From: Octopus bimaculoides
Lineage: Eukaryota
Reading direction: 5' to 3'
Length of the DNA: 33,303 bases
Assembly (NCBI RefSeq): GCF_001194135.2
Contig: NC_068992.1
Coordinates: 17,943,488 to 17,976,790, forward strand
Below are positions 1-11,603 of this stretch, piece by piece. Numbering within the stretch: position 1 is the stretch's first letter; every line of letters starts with the position of its first letter. A program made the position numbers and the translations under genes. The notes under the pieces were generated by a model. That model ran no database searches and had not been told where the DNA came from. It was given only the letters and a program-made list of their open reading frames with translations.

Positions 1-177
1 TATCTATCTGTCTGTCTGTCTGTTTGTCTGTGCTGTGTATGTATGAATGTATGTATGTATGTATGTATGTATCTATCTATCTATCTGTGTATGCGTCTGT
101 CTGTCTGTATGTGTGTCTGTCTGTCTGTATGTGTGTCTGTCTGTCCGTATGTGTGTCTGTCTGTCTGTTTGTGTGTA

Positions 178-255
<78 letters not shown>

Positions 256-296
256 AATGTCTGTCTTTCTATTTCTCTCTTTCTCTCTCTATCTAC
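1..296. repeat. Compound tetranucleotide microsatellite (TGTC)n/(TATG)n/(TATC)n
   Basis: Directly visible. Includes a 20-bp higher-order unit CTGTCTGTATGTGTGTCTGT repeated about 3-4 times at 101-176. Confidence 0.97.
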
Positions 297-643
297 ATGA
301 TACTCCATCTATAAATTATGTGCAAGTATATACGTATGTATGCATATTTGTTATATCACATCACTCTTAGCGCTACCGTTAACGTATAACCCAATACAAT
401 CTCTCTCATAGCCGGGCTCTCGGCGACTAAACAGTGAGAGTCTCAATAGTGTTGTGCAAGCAGTTATTGACTTTAAATTTCAGTGGTGCTATTAAGTTAG
501 ACATGGGCTGTGCCAAGCTTTGGTCGAAACATATCCTAGTTAAGCACGAGCATGCTGAGAGCCATAGTCTTTAACATCTGGGACAAGATAATTGGTCAAT
601 TATGGCCATAATCGTCTACGACCTGAGAGCCACCGTGTACGCA

Positions 644-682
<39 letters not shown>

Positions 683-720
683 ATGTATGTATGTATGTAT
701 GTCTTTATGTATGTATGTGT
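644..720. repeat. (TGTC)n-(TATG)n microsatellite
   Basis: Directly visible. Confidence 0.95.
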
Positions 721-829
721 GTATTTCTGCATCTCTCATAGATGACTTAGTTTCATTGCACAGAACATTTAGCTAGGGTTCGAGAAGTACGGCATCGATC
801 CTCTGTATCGGTGTACTTCGCAATTTTTG

Positions 830-1121
830 GAAGGCACATGGCTCAGTGACTGGAGCATCGGGTTCACAATCAAGAGGTAGTGAGTTCCATTCCCGGACAG
901 GGGCTGTATGTTGTGTTCTTGAGTAAGACACTTTATTTCTATTTCACGTTACTCCAGTTCACTGAGCTGTAGAAATGAGTTGCGATGTCACTGGTGCCAA
1001 GCTGTACCAGCCTTTGCCTCTCCCTTGGACAACATCGGTAGCGTGAAGAGGGAGAGGCTGATATGCATGGGTGACTGCTGGTCTTCCATAAACAATATTG
1101 CCAGGACTTGTGCTTCGGAGG
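830..1121 (+). mobile_element. tRNA-derived SINE, working family B (CORE-like middle)
   Basis: A-box-like TGGCTCAGTG at ~839 and B-box-like GAGTTCCATTCCC. CORE-like TTGTGTTCTTGAGTAAGACACTTTATTT follows. Colinear with the inverted copy at 13293-13619. Confidence 0.88.
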
Positions 1122-1323
1122 CAAAAGCCACTCTTGTAGTGGTTAGAAAAGCAGAATGAGGTGACAACATGCAAATGGGACTGAGGTTGCTGTCTGGACA
1201 GCAATTTATGACGCTTACATATAGTACCTTTTATTTGAGAATGGAGGAAAAAAAGGGCAGATGCTCTTGACTTGTGGGTAAGTAGTATATGTATTATGTT
1301 GGTATTGTATAATATATACCTCT

Positions 1324-1445
1324 TGCAGATGCAGGCATTGTGGTCTATGGTTCTACGACACTTTGGCCAATTGATTTGGTATAACGTCGGGTCGACCCAA
1401 GAATTGCCAGTGAACTAGGTTTGGCGAAGCTGTCGAGAATCCTGT
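1324..1445 (+). mobile_element. Highly decayed SINE fragment, working family C
   Basis: ACACTTTGGCCAA...CGTCGGGTCGACCCAAG...CAGTGAA resembles CACTTTGGGCAA...CTCGGGCCGACCAAAG...CAGTGGA in the copy at 3963-4254. Confidence 0.4.
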
Positions 1446-1651
1446 GGGAGGGACCGAAACTATCATGAAATTCAAAGACCCGGCATCGCCACACTCTTAT
1501 CACGCTGATTTTAATTCTACTTCCGAATTAGGTTAAGGTTAGATGTATCTGTTTTGCACTCAGCCACATCGCACGGTAATTCAACGGACGCGTTCCACAT
1601 TCACGATCAAATAACTACACGTTGATTCATCTAAATCGATGAAAGTTAATT

Positions 1652-1922
1652 GATCATCATGATCGTCGCTGTTGTTGTCTGCGTGCGTCGTCGTCATCAT
1701 CATCATCATCATCATCACCACCACCATTGTCGCATTAGTCGTCGTCGCTGTTGTGTCGTCCAAGTCCTCCTGCCCCTACTCGTCCTCTCCCCCTTTACCC
1801 GCTCCCCTCCCCTCCGATTCCTGCTCCTCCTGCTGCTACTCCTCCTGCTGCTGCTCCTCCTGCCCCTCCTGATGCTGATACTACCTCTCCTTTTCCTCCT
1901 CCTCATCACCACCAACACCATC
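1652..1922. repeat. Trinucleotide mosaic (CAT)n/(GTC)n/(CCT)n/(GCT)n low-complexity tract
   Basis: Directly visible; accounts for the poly-His/Leu/Met ORFs in the track. Confidence 0.93.
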
Positions 1923-2490
1923 AACCGGATGTGTTTTATTATTCATATTTTTTTAAAGAGCAGCCAACGATTTTTCTGATCTACGAACGCTAACTCCTAA
2001 CAATTCTAAAACTTGCTTGATTGACATGTGATCATCTTACAAACTTTGTTATGCCACTGAATGCAAGATCTTGTAAATTATTAACGGAGAATCATTGAGA
2101 AATACCTCGAGAACCTAGGAAATAGTGACTGTAAATTAAACATTATAAAACTATTACATAATGAATCCTCTTAATTTATCAACTCGATGTTTATATTTCC
2201 CTACAGATTTGAAGAAACAGTTATTTTAACTTAATTTCTATAACAATTTGTAAACAACGATATTACTGTTTTATTAATGAATTTGTTAGTTTGCAATGAA
2301 GCGGGTGTGAAACTAACCGAAATGTCTGACAAATTTGCCGGCCTCAGAAGTAAGGTTAAATGCATTTCGTATATAAACGAAATAAACTTCTGGTCATACA
2401 TGTGGTTTAGAAATACTAGGAAGAGCTTTTCGTTATTGCGCTATACATTTCAAATGGAGGCAATCTGAATGAATAAAAGAACATCTCTGA

Positions 2491-2621
2491 TAGGCGTAGC
2501 TGTGTGGTAAGTATCTTGCTTCTGCGCATGCGTTGGTCAGTGTTTTTCTTTGCACTGCTAGGAGTCGCGACGTTGGTGTACGGCGTCGTGAATTATTGAA
2601 CAAGTGAAGCACAGCTACAAG
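2491..2621 (+). promoter_or_regulatory. Candidate promoter/first non-coding exon: SINE-C head, NRF1-like motif, CpG-rich stretch, 5' splice donor
   Basis: SINE-like head GGCGTAGCTGTGTGGTAAG at ~2493, TGCGCATGCG at 2523-2532, locally CpG-rich sequence, and CAAG|GTAAGA with GT at 2622-2623. No transcript evidence. Confidence 0.35.
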
Positions 2622-3898
2622 GTAAGATATTTGTTTTGGGGGATTCAGTGGGGGTTTGTTGCTCGTGTTCATTTATTTTGTCGAACAAGAAATCTCCACT
2701 AAGTTCCGGGCATTTGTCTTGCTGTAGTTGTGCTTACAGTTTCACTTAGCTGTGAGAAGTGTGTTTTGGGAGCGTATCCCTACTCCAGTAATTGCGAACA
2801 TTGTGCTTATTTTTTAGCCATATTTTGGCGAAATTGTTGTGTGACTGCTTTGTGCCCTGGATTACCAAGTGGATTACCAAGTGGGAACATACGCACATAA
2901 TAGAAAAAAATGAAACAAATATGGACAACTTGCTCCGAAACACCAACGAATGCGGAACACTTCTCAAAAATAACCTGCAGTTGTTTCCTTCAGAATTTCT
3001 ACATGATCTAAATGTACATACATCAAGGTATATTTGTACAAAATTTCACGAAAAAATATTTATTTTCCTGGAAGTTAAGAGGAATTTAAGTGGAATTTCC
3101 GAAAATTGCTCCTCCCTCCCAAAACACTTTCACCGAAAACATTTGTATATTCGGAATCTACATAATAAATAATATATGCATAGAGAATTTCATAATAAAA
3201 TATTCATTTTTCTGAAAGTTATGACCTAAAGTCGGGGTGGGGGTACAACTCTGTAGTTATGCCACATTGACGAACATGAGTTATATTCTTGTGAATGATT
3301 GTGTTTACTTGCACGTGTATGCGTTTGAGAGAGCGAAAGAGGAAGAGGGGGAGAAAGGAATAGAGAACGGAAGCAATGTGTATCTTGTTGTCACAGATTA
3401 CGTATGTATGGTTGTGTGTGTTTTTACGTATCAATGTTATGAAAAATAGGTAAAGAATACAGAGAGGAAAGTTTAATCTATGACTTTGTATGTATCCCTT
3501 TCTCTCTCTCTCTCTCTCTCCCCCCTCTTTTATTCTTACTCTCTATATCATATATTGAGTGCGTGTGTAAGAACGCCGTTCCAAGTAGAAGGGAAGAAAT
3601 ATAAAAGTTGCTAGAAACAACAGCCACATCTCCCTTAAATCACACAAAGTAAACTGAATTAAAAAAAATCTAATTACTGCACTGGAAAGTTCACATCGAG
3701 AAATTCCATTGATGTAAAAATCTTTACGAAAAAGTGGAAAATGTGGATTTCTATAGAGGCAACACACACACACACACACACACACAAACTCAGCTATACT
3801 ATAGTTATAGATATCATAAAGTGTATCATTATTTGCTAGATTATTTATCATTTGAGACTGTACTTTTTTAATCGATATAGCAGCTTCTTCGCCCTTTT

Positions 3899-3960
3899 AT
3901 GTTTGTCTGTCCTTGTTTGTCTCCTCTTTATAATGCCTTTATGACAAATATTTATGAAAT
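3899..3960 (+). mobile_element. 3' tail fragment of SINE family A
   Basis: TTTGTCTGTCCTTGTTTGTCTCCTCT matches the tail seen inverted at 5228-5290 and 26358-26420. Confidence 0.65.
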
Positions 3961-3962
3961 AA

Positions 3963-4254
3963 AGAAGCTTGTTTCCCAACCACATGGTTCTGGGTTCAGC
4001 CCCACTGCGTCACACTTTGGGCAAGTCTCTTCTACTATAGTCTCGGGCCGACCAAAGTCTTGTCAGTGGATTTGGCAGATGGAAACTGAAAGAAAACCGT
4101 TGTATATATATATATATATATATATTAAGTACTAGGCTTACAGAGAATAGGTCCTGGTGTCGATTTGTTCGACTAAACCGACTAAAGATCGTGCTCCAGC
4201 ATGGTCGTCGTCAGATGGTTGAAACAGGTAAAAGAATAAAAGACTAAAAGAATA
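3963..4254 (+). mobile_element. SINE family C with internal (TA)n, 5'-truncated and internally deleted
   Basis: CCAACCACATGGTTCTGGGTTCAGCCCCACTGCG...GGGCAAGTCTCTTCTACTATAG...GGAAACTGAAAGAA, then (TA)n, then GTCGATTTGTTCGACTAAA...GTGCTCCAGCATGG...AAAAGAATAAAAG. Shared with copies at 5409, 8222, 21998 and 31882. Confidence 0.87.
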
Positions 4255-5066
4255 CCTCCGCCAACTAGTCTGCCTATGTATCGGCAAATCTAACGGCGTC
4301 CTCAAAAGATATCTTAAGATCCACAAAGATCAGAACTTANNNNNNNNNNNNNNNNNNNNNNNNNNNNNNNNNNNNNNNNNNNNNNNNNNNNNNNNNNNNN
4401 NNNNNNNNNNNNNNNNNNNNNNNNNNNNNNNNNNNNNNNNNNNNNNNNNNNNNNNNNNNNNNNNNNNNNNNNNNNNNNNNNNNNNNNNNNNNNNNNNNNN
4501 NNNNNNNNNNNNNNNNNNNNNNNNNNNNNNNNNNNNNNNNNNNNNNNNNNNNNNNNNNNNNNNNNNNNNNNNNNNNNNNNNNNNNNNNNNNNNNNNNNNN
4601 NNNNNNNNNNNNNNNNNNNNNNNNNNNNNNNNNNNNNNNNNNNNNNNNNNNNNNNNNNNNNNNNNNNNTATATATATATATATATATTGTGTGTGTGCGT
4701 GTGTATATATATGTATATATATTACTTTGTTATTGCCTTAAAATATACTAAAACCAAATTTATTGAGTGTCAAAAATCGTAAAATTTTAGTGTTTTGTTA
4801 CTTCGACTTGTGTGTAGATGTATATATATTCAACGAGTTCACTTTGTCTGTATTCCAGTATTTTAATTTGCAATCTATGCACGATCACTTTTGACACAAA
4901 AGCATTAACAAAGAAATATCCTTAATCATCAAATGTCAACTACGCCTATATTCCTGTGGCGGAGACAGGGACATAACAACAATAACAGCCGTCCACAATA
5001 CTGCAAACCTTACTGGCACCACCAACACTGCTAGGTTATAGATTGAAAACTACTATAAGCCACTAA

Positions 5067-5305
5067 GGGGTGGGCAGTCGATTAGATCAACCCCAGTACG
5101 TAACTGGTACTTAATTTATCGACCCCAAAGGGATGAAAGGGAAAGTCGACCTCGGCGGAATTTGAAATCAGAACATAAAGACAGACGAAATACTGCTAAG
5201 CATTTCGCCCGGCGTACAAACGTTTCTTATTTCTTTATTGCCCACAAGGGGCTAAACATAGAGGGGACAAACAAGGACAGACAAACGGATTAAATCGATT
5301 ACATC
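5067..5305 (-). mobile_element. SINE family A head-to-tail dimer (tail of unit 1 fused to head-truncated unit 2)
   Basis: Reverse complement reads ...CCCCTTGTGGGCAATAAAGAAATAAGAAACGTTTGTACGCCGGGCGAAATGCTTAGCAG...GTCGACTTTCCCTTTCATCCC...GGGGTCGATAAATTAAGTACCAG. Same junction as at 26351-26357. Confidence 0.88.
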
Positions 5306-5406
5306 TTTGATGCGATTCGTCTCAAAGGCAGTGCCAAAGCTGCGGTACTACCAGTAATATATATATATATATATGCATTTGAGCTGAATCGCATCAAAGA
5401 ATATAT

Positions 5407-5408
<2 letters not shown>

Positions 5409-5458
<50 letters not shown>

Positions 5459-5635
5459 TTCCTTGTGTTTATACCCCCTTTTGAGAACCGGTGTTGGTTT
5501 GTTTACATTCCCGTAATTTAGCGGTAGAATGAGCACCACAATAACAAAAATATACTGGGGTTGATTTGCTCGACTAAAACCGTTGAAGATAGTGCAACAG
5601 TGTGGCCACAGCCAATAACTGAAACAATTAAAAAA
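5409..5635 (+). mobile_element. SINE family C, 3' half with (GT)n
   Basis: (GT)n followed by CCGGTGTTGGTTTGTTTACATTCCCGTAATTTAGCGG...GGGGTTGATTTGCTCGACTAAAA...CTGAAACAA. Confidence 0.78.
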
Positions 5636-5794
5636 AAATTACTTAGTTGCTGCCATTATTGCATTTTATCCGAAGATCAGCTCTGACTTAGCAGACCAAC
5701 TGTGGTCACTAACTTAGGTACAAGATCAGTAATTGTGTGCGAGCTTACTTGATATAATCGTTTCTAGTCTTTAACAGGCGCTTTAATGTATGAA

Positions 5795-5900
5795 CACCGA
5801 AAGAATTTAGGACAAAGATGACCTTAGTGGGATTTGAACTGAGAACGTTAAGAGCCGGAGGAAATAAGAACAAGTATTTTCTTACCGTCGCTTTAAAGAT
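5795..5900 (-). mobile_element. Decayed SINE family A fragment
   Basis: GACCTTAGTGGGATTTGAACTGAGAACGT matches the inverted family-A B-box region, compare 26497-26524. Confidence 0.55.
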
Positions 5901-6734
5901 CCCGTTAGTGTTGTACTAACAAATCCGACTTAATACCTTTCTTTTGAAAAACTCGAAGGTAGCCAATCCTTTACCTGGTCATTTAATATGCTAGAAATAG
6001 CAGAGATCACAAGGCTAATTGTGTTTTCAATATAATTGCAATCTACATCAAAATGTATGATAAAACGAAGTTGAGATGCATGAGTTATCCAATCTCAGCT
6101 TATTTTATTCATCAGGTTATATTCTGATAGAAACGCAAGATATCTACGCAATCTCATATCTTCAGACATAATGTATTTCCGTCTAGGTTATCCAAAGAAT
6201 CCCTTCTTCCTTGAAGAATATAAAGTAAGGTGCGAGGTAGATTTGGTTGGTAGTTCTAGCAGGTTCAGTGACCACGTTGCTGTTCTTTTATGGGTGTGTG
6301 AGTCAGGAAACATTAAATGCGTCGCCTCCTATGTTCACAACGCACATTAAGCCATCGACCGATCTATCGATTCGGCCAGCTGTAACTATATTTCTGCTAC
6401 GATGAAAATAATACTGGGGACCTGACCATTATCATCCAATCCGTACATCTAATAATAGTTGATGATAATTTACACATTTGTGCAATGGCTCCCCCCCCCA
6501 CACACACACCATAGAATTTACAGCAGAATAACTCACAGCTCTCTGCTACAAAGAAATAAATTTGATACCACAATTCCTCGTGAACTAATCATTTAATCAA
6601 TTCTCAACTTCTTTATGCTATATTCTATCAGCACTGATTGCCTATCTTCAACTCGCTCGCCATTCAGGCAGCTTGACACTTAACCTACCATTCAATCCAC
6701 CATCTTAATATACATGTCTTTAGGCCGTGCACAT

Positions 6735-6751
6735 GCATACATACATACACG

Positions 6752-6812
<61 letters not shown>

Positions 6813-7455
6813 NNNNNNNNNNNNNNNNNNNNNNNNNNNNNNNNNNNNNNNNNNNNNNNNNNNNNNNNNNNNNNNNNNNNNNNNNNNNNNNNNNNNNNNN
6901 NNNNNNNNNNNNNNNNNNNNNNNNNNNNNNNNNNNNNNNNNNNNNNNNNNNNNNNNNNNNNNNNNNNNNNNNNNNNNNNNNNNNNNNNNNNNNNNNNNNN
7001 NNNNNNNNNNNNNNNNNNNNNNNNNNNNNNNNNNNNNNNNNNNNNNNNNNNNNNNNNNNNNNNNNNNNNNNNNNNNNNNNNNNNNNNNNNNNNNNNNNNN
7101 NNNNNNNNNNNNNNNNNNNNNNNNNNNNNNNNNNNNNNNNNNNNNNNNNNNNNNNNNNNNNNNNNNNNNNNNNNNNNNNNNNNNNNNNNNNNNNNNNNNN
7201 NNNNNNNNNNNNNNNNNNNNNNNNNNNNNNNNNNNNNNNNNNNNNNNNNNNNNNNNNNNNNNNNNNNNNNNNNNNNNNNNNNNNNNNNNNNNNNNNNNNN
7301 NNNNNNNNNNNNNNNNNNNNNNNNNNNNNNNNNNNNNNNNNNNNNNNNNNNNNNNNNNNNNNNNNNNNNNNNNNNNNNNNNNNNNNNNNNNNNNNNNNNN
7401 NNNNNNNNNNNNNNNNNNNNNNNNNNNNNNNNNNNNNNNNNNNNNNNNNNNNNNN

Positions 7456-7537
<82 letters not shown>

Positions 7538-7540
7538 TCA
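6735..7540. repeat. (CA)n and (TA)n microsatellites flanking assembly gap 6813-7455
   Basis: Directly visible on both sides of the N run. Confidence 0.93.
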
Positions 7541-7659
7541 TACATGCATACATGCAAATTTATATGCACATTTATATCCATTGAAACAGCCAACCAAGCG
7601 GTCTGCTACTCTTACAATCTATAAACCAACGATCCAGAAATCTAATCCTCCATAAATTC

Positions 7660-7989
7660 ATGCACGCATCCATCCATCCATTAATCCAACCAACCACCCA
7701 CCTATCTATTCATCCATCGAATCAATGCGTATAGCCATTGATTTATCCATGTACCTAACAGTACAACCATCCATCCGTCCATCCATCATCTACCCTCTGT
7801 CCATCCATTCATACACACATACATACATACATGCATATATAAGCACATACATACTTACATATATGCCTATGTACACCTATGTACACGATTGTCACTTATT
7901 CGCCACTCTCTCCTTCTCTCTCTCTTTTCCTATCTATCTATCTATCTATCGATCGATATATCTATCCATCTATCTATCTATTTATCTAA

Positions 7990-8043
<54 letters not shown>

Positions 8044-8110
8044 GTCTCTCTGTCTGTATATCTGTCTATTTATCTGTCTGTCTGTCTGTCTATCTGTCTG
8101 TCTGTCTATA
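7660..8110. repeat. (CCAT)n, (TACA)n, (TATC)n, (TGTC)n compound microsatellite
   Basis: Directly visible. Confidence 0.93.
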
Positions 8111-8221
8111 GATGGTATCAAAAGATTCCCGGACTAGTTTTGTAGCACGCCAACAGAGGACAGCACACGGTTCCGTGCAAAGTGGGAGCTAGTGACCTTC
8201 ATGAAGAAGTGTTTTTTTTCT

Positions 8222-8420
8222 CCATCACTACTTGACCACCAGAGTTGGTGTGTTTACGTCCACGTAACTGTGCAATTCGGCAAAAGGAACTGGTAGAATA
8301 AATACTAGGCTTAAAAAATAAACCTTGGGATCGATCTGTTCGACTAAAACCCTTCAAGGCGGTGCTCCAGCATGGCCGAAGTCAAATGATTGAAACAAGC
8401 AAAAGAATAAAAGAATAAAA
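8222..8420 (+). mobile_element. SINE family C, 3' half
   Basis: GTTGGTGTGTTTACGTCC...TTCGGCAAAAG...TACTAGGCTTAAAAAA...GATCGATCTGTTCGACTAAAACCCTTCAAGGCGGTGCTCCAGCATGGCCG...tail (AAAAGAAT)2. Confidence 0.87.
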
Positions 8421-8599
8421 TAAATTATTGTTTATCAAACATAACTAGTCGTAGAACATTTTGATATGGTTTTACTTAAAAGGCATTGTTCAACGCAAAT
8501 CTTTGGCGATGGAATCACTCTCAAAATACTTCCTAGTCAATTGATTGAACCCTGGACGGCAATGTTACGATGCACATTTCTTAGCCATCTAGATGTTGT

Positions 8600-8694
8600 T
8601 GCGCCGCGAACTGGAATTTTAAAAATGGCCGTTACTTCGGCAGTTTGTTGGTATTCTAAGTTTTGACCATCAACAAAGCACTGTATGGTTCAAG
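8600..8694 (+). other. Candidate 5' exon ending in a consensus donor (5' boundary uncertain)
   Basis: CpG cluster GCGCCGCG, YY1-like AAAATGGCCG at ~8622-8631, and CAAG|GTGAGT with GT at 8695-8696. The ATG at 8625 opens only a 13-codon ORF. Confidence 0.3.
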
Positions 8695-11435
8695 GTGAGT
8701 CTTATTAGGACATCGATTTTTTGATGCATTTTTGAATTGTCTTATGTGAAACGAAACGGCTTCAGCCAGGAAATAAAACCGTTTCAAGGACTGCAGCTTA
8801 CAAACTTACCGGATCTTACCTCTTTGTTCGAACATCATTAAACCACTAATGTAAAATATTATCATGATAATAATTATATCGGATGAAACAGAAAAAGAAA
8901 AGAGCTATATGTTTAAACGTATATTCAAAATAAACATAAAAACAAGAGTGAAAAAATGTATTTACGAAAAGAGAAAAGAAATGAGAAAAATCATGTCTGA
9001 GACTTTCTCTCATAAAGTAGCCAAAATGATATCTTCCATAATTCTTACAAAACATTTTGTAAAGTGTAATTGTGATATTATTATAAAAAAATATGGTTAA
9101 TTCTAGTAATTATAATTCATTTAAAGACATCTCCTAATGAGACAGTTACTACGATATTGTTTATTCGTGTGCTGGATTTTTTTTTTCTTTTTAGATAGAA
9201 AACGTGTTTTCGTCATGAAATCAATGAAGATAAGCAGAAGGTGAAGGTATAATTAAGCGTCGAAATGTCTGAGTGGATAAAGCATTTATATTAACGACTA
9301 GCAGGTCAGCAATTCAAATTCACTGTAGGTACTTCACTTATTGCTTTTGTCTCTTGTTGTAAGACATTAGCACATCGTCTCAGTTAAACTGTGCAAAGTA
9401 GACAGAAGACTTTAATGAGTAAATTACTTGCAATAGGCTGGTGTTGCAGGGTAGGATAGGAGGTAATTCTCTTTGTTTAATGATACAAGTGTTATAAATA
9501 CTCTTGTTTACAGAAGGACCGACTGTTTCGGAATATTCTCAACACGTGAGCGAATTAAATATATAGTTTATAATAGTTTAAAACTATCTTATCTAATTGT
9601 TTCCAATACGTTTAGATTGTTTTCATCTCCTTTCAAGTACATTATTACTGTTGTCAGATATGAACAACGATCACCGTATCTTATTTATATCTTACTGTGA
9701 TTTAATTACTGTGACGGAACAGCAGCTTGATGAGATTTAAATCGTGAGGCAAACATGCTATCCACCTAGTTGCCCACTGGTACAATGTTAAGATATACAG
9801 AAAATATTTTTTACTTCGCGCATGCTTTTGCAGTTGAAAATTGAAATTAAGATAGACTCACTGAACACTGCATCACTTTATGTAGATTAAGAAACGGAAA
9901 TTATCGAACGAATAAAATATATTTAATATAACAGTTGCCAAGGAACATCATTTCGACAGCGGATTAGCTTAGGTGTGGTGGCTGCCTCTGTGCAGCGCGT
10001 CACTGCGTCCACCATTTTGTCGGTATTCCCTACTCCTGGCGGATGAAAAGTTTGCACCACTCAGGTGACGACCCTCCAACCTAACCTAGTTAGGTTTGTC
10101 TGGGCAGTTGCTGTTGATGACGCTTTTACGATGTCGTACTGCAAATCCTATCTCAGCCTTTTCTATTCCCTTTTTACAACACGCAAAAGAAACGATGGGT
10201 CTCTTCTTTGATATGCTGGACCAAACACAACAACTTGCGGATAAGAACAAATGGAATGTTTTTATGATAATCTATCTAGTTTAGAGATTGTTATCTAATA
10301 ATTTTCATTAATCTATTTTTCGATTAAAATTATACCCCAATTTTAGACAATTGTCATAAGCAAGAAAGCATTTCATTGAATCTAAAATTCCCTCTTTGGT
10401 TCACTCTTGTTTAATTATATGGAAATGAGTGCGTGGTATCTATATAGTCATGGCTTTACTTTAAGAGTCAAGTTTTCTTTTAGTATAATATATTCTGACA
10501 ACGCATTTGGACCGTAAATTTACAATTTGATTATCTTAGAATCAACGAGTGTTTGGTTTAGAGCATTAGGTTGAGTATTGATTACAGTTTATAACTAAAA
10601 AACATTAATTAAAGCAGGATTAATTGTTTTATACACTGTGCCAGAAAGAAAAATGTCCAAGTGGTTAGTACACCTCAAAGTTAAGCGGTTTATCTGCCTG
10701 TGTTTGAAGAAAGTTATAGAAAAGCAATGAAGAAACGAAGAGTTGAAATGATAAAATTTAGTAAATGAACTTTTGAAATCAGATTTGAAATGACAATAAG
10801 CTGAAAATAAAGATTCACCACACTGTAATTGGAGACATACCATCTTCACAGGCTGTCGTTGGTAACACGAGTCGTTAGTTTTAATATATCGTTTATAATT
10901 GTCCCCAGGTGTATTCACGGTGACATATGAACTGAGTACAAACACTCAGCGGAGCACTGATAATTCACTGAGATTTAAGTGAATTATCAAAGAACTGATT
11001 AGTTGTATTACACAGCTCTCAGATAACTCAGATATTGGCAGCTTACAGCTAGGTCGAACTGGTATTTAGAATAAACTAACATAACTCGTGAAAGATATGG
11101 ACTTCCGCGTGACTCTAGCACTCACGCAGGATTTAGCATTTAAAATAAACGATTTATAGTAAGCTAAAAGTAATACTGGTGGTTTTAGAGAATTGGTCAG
11201 CTGTTGGAGACGAGTATCGTTTGAATGTTGCCGAAAATACTCTTAATGGAGAATTATAACGTTAAGAATATCATCTGCTGTTGATATTTAGAGAAGAGAA
11301 AAATGGATAATTCTTAGCAATCACCACTTAAAAGATATTAGTCTTTTGTTTACTTCAGATTAGTCTACGTTGTATGTGAAGTTTTAATTTAAGCACATTT
11401 AGTATTGTTTGGAAGTATTTCAATTTTGTTTACTC

Positions 11436-11603
11436 GTACACACACACACAAACACACATACACACACACACAAACACACACACACGCACACACACATATA
11501 TACAAACCCAAACACAGATACACACACACACACAAACACACACACACGCACACACACACATATATACAAACACAAACACAGGTACACACACAGGTACACA
11601 CAT
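11436..11603. repeat. (CA)n-based tract with a duplicated ~60-bp higher-order unit
   Basis: ...CAAACACACACACGCACACACACATATATACAAAC(C/A)CAAACACAG(A/G)TA occurs twice. Confidence 0.88.

Noticed and set aside
24-314. Overlapping ORFs rich in YLSI/VCLS, also at 7725-8137 and 11389-11654
   Set aside because: These are translations of tetra- and dinucleotide microsatellites, not genes.
1581-1993. Poly-His/Leu/Met/Arg ORFs on both strands, also at 29845-30262
   Set aside because: Open in many frames because trinucleotide mosaics lack stops; no domain signature.
2792-3172. 126-aa plus-strand ORF
   Set aside because: No recognisable domain, starts at TTG in AT-rich DNA, and contains a 12-bp tandem duplication (GGATTACCAAGT x2, 2859-2882). 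Part of it (TTTGTACAAAATTTCACGAAAAAAT) looks like non-coding repeat body.
6685-7655. Long ORFs spanning N runs, also at 15025, 16609, 23427, 27091 and 28705
   Set aside because: Their length comes from unresolved gaps translated as X.
10595-10945. 116-aa minus-strand ORF
   Set aside because: No homology recognised, non-ATG start, and no supporting splice structure.
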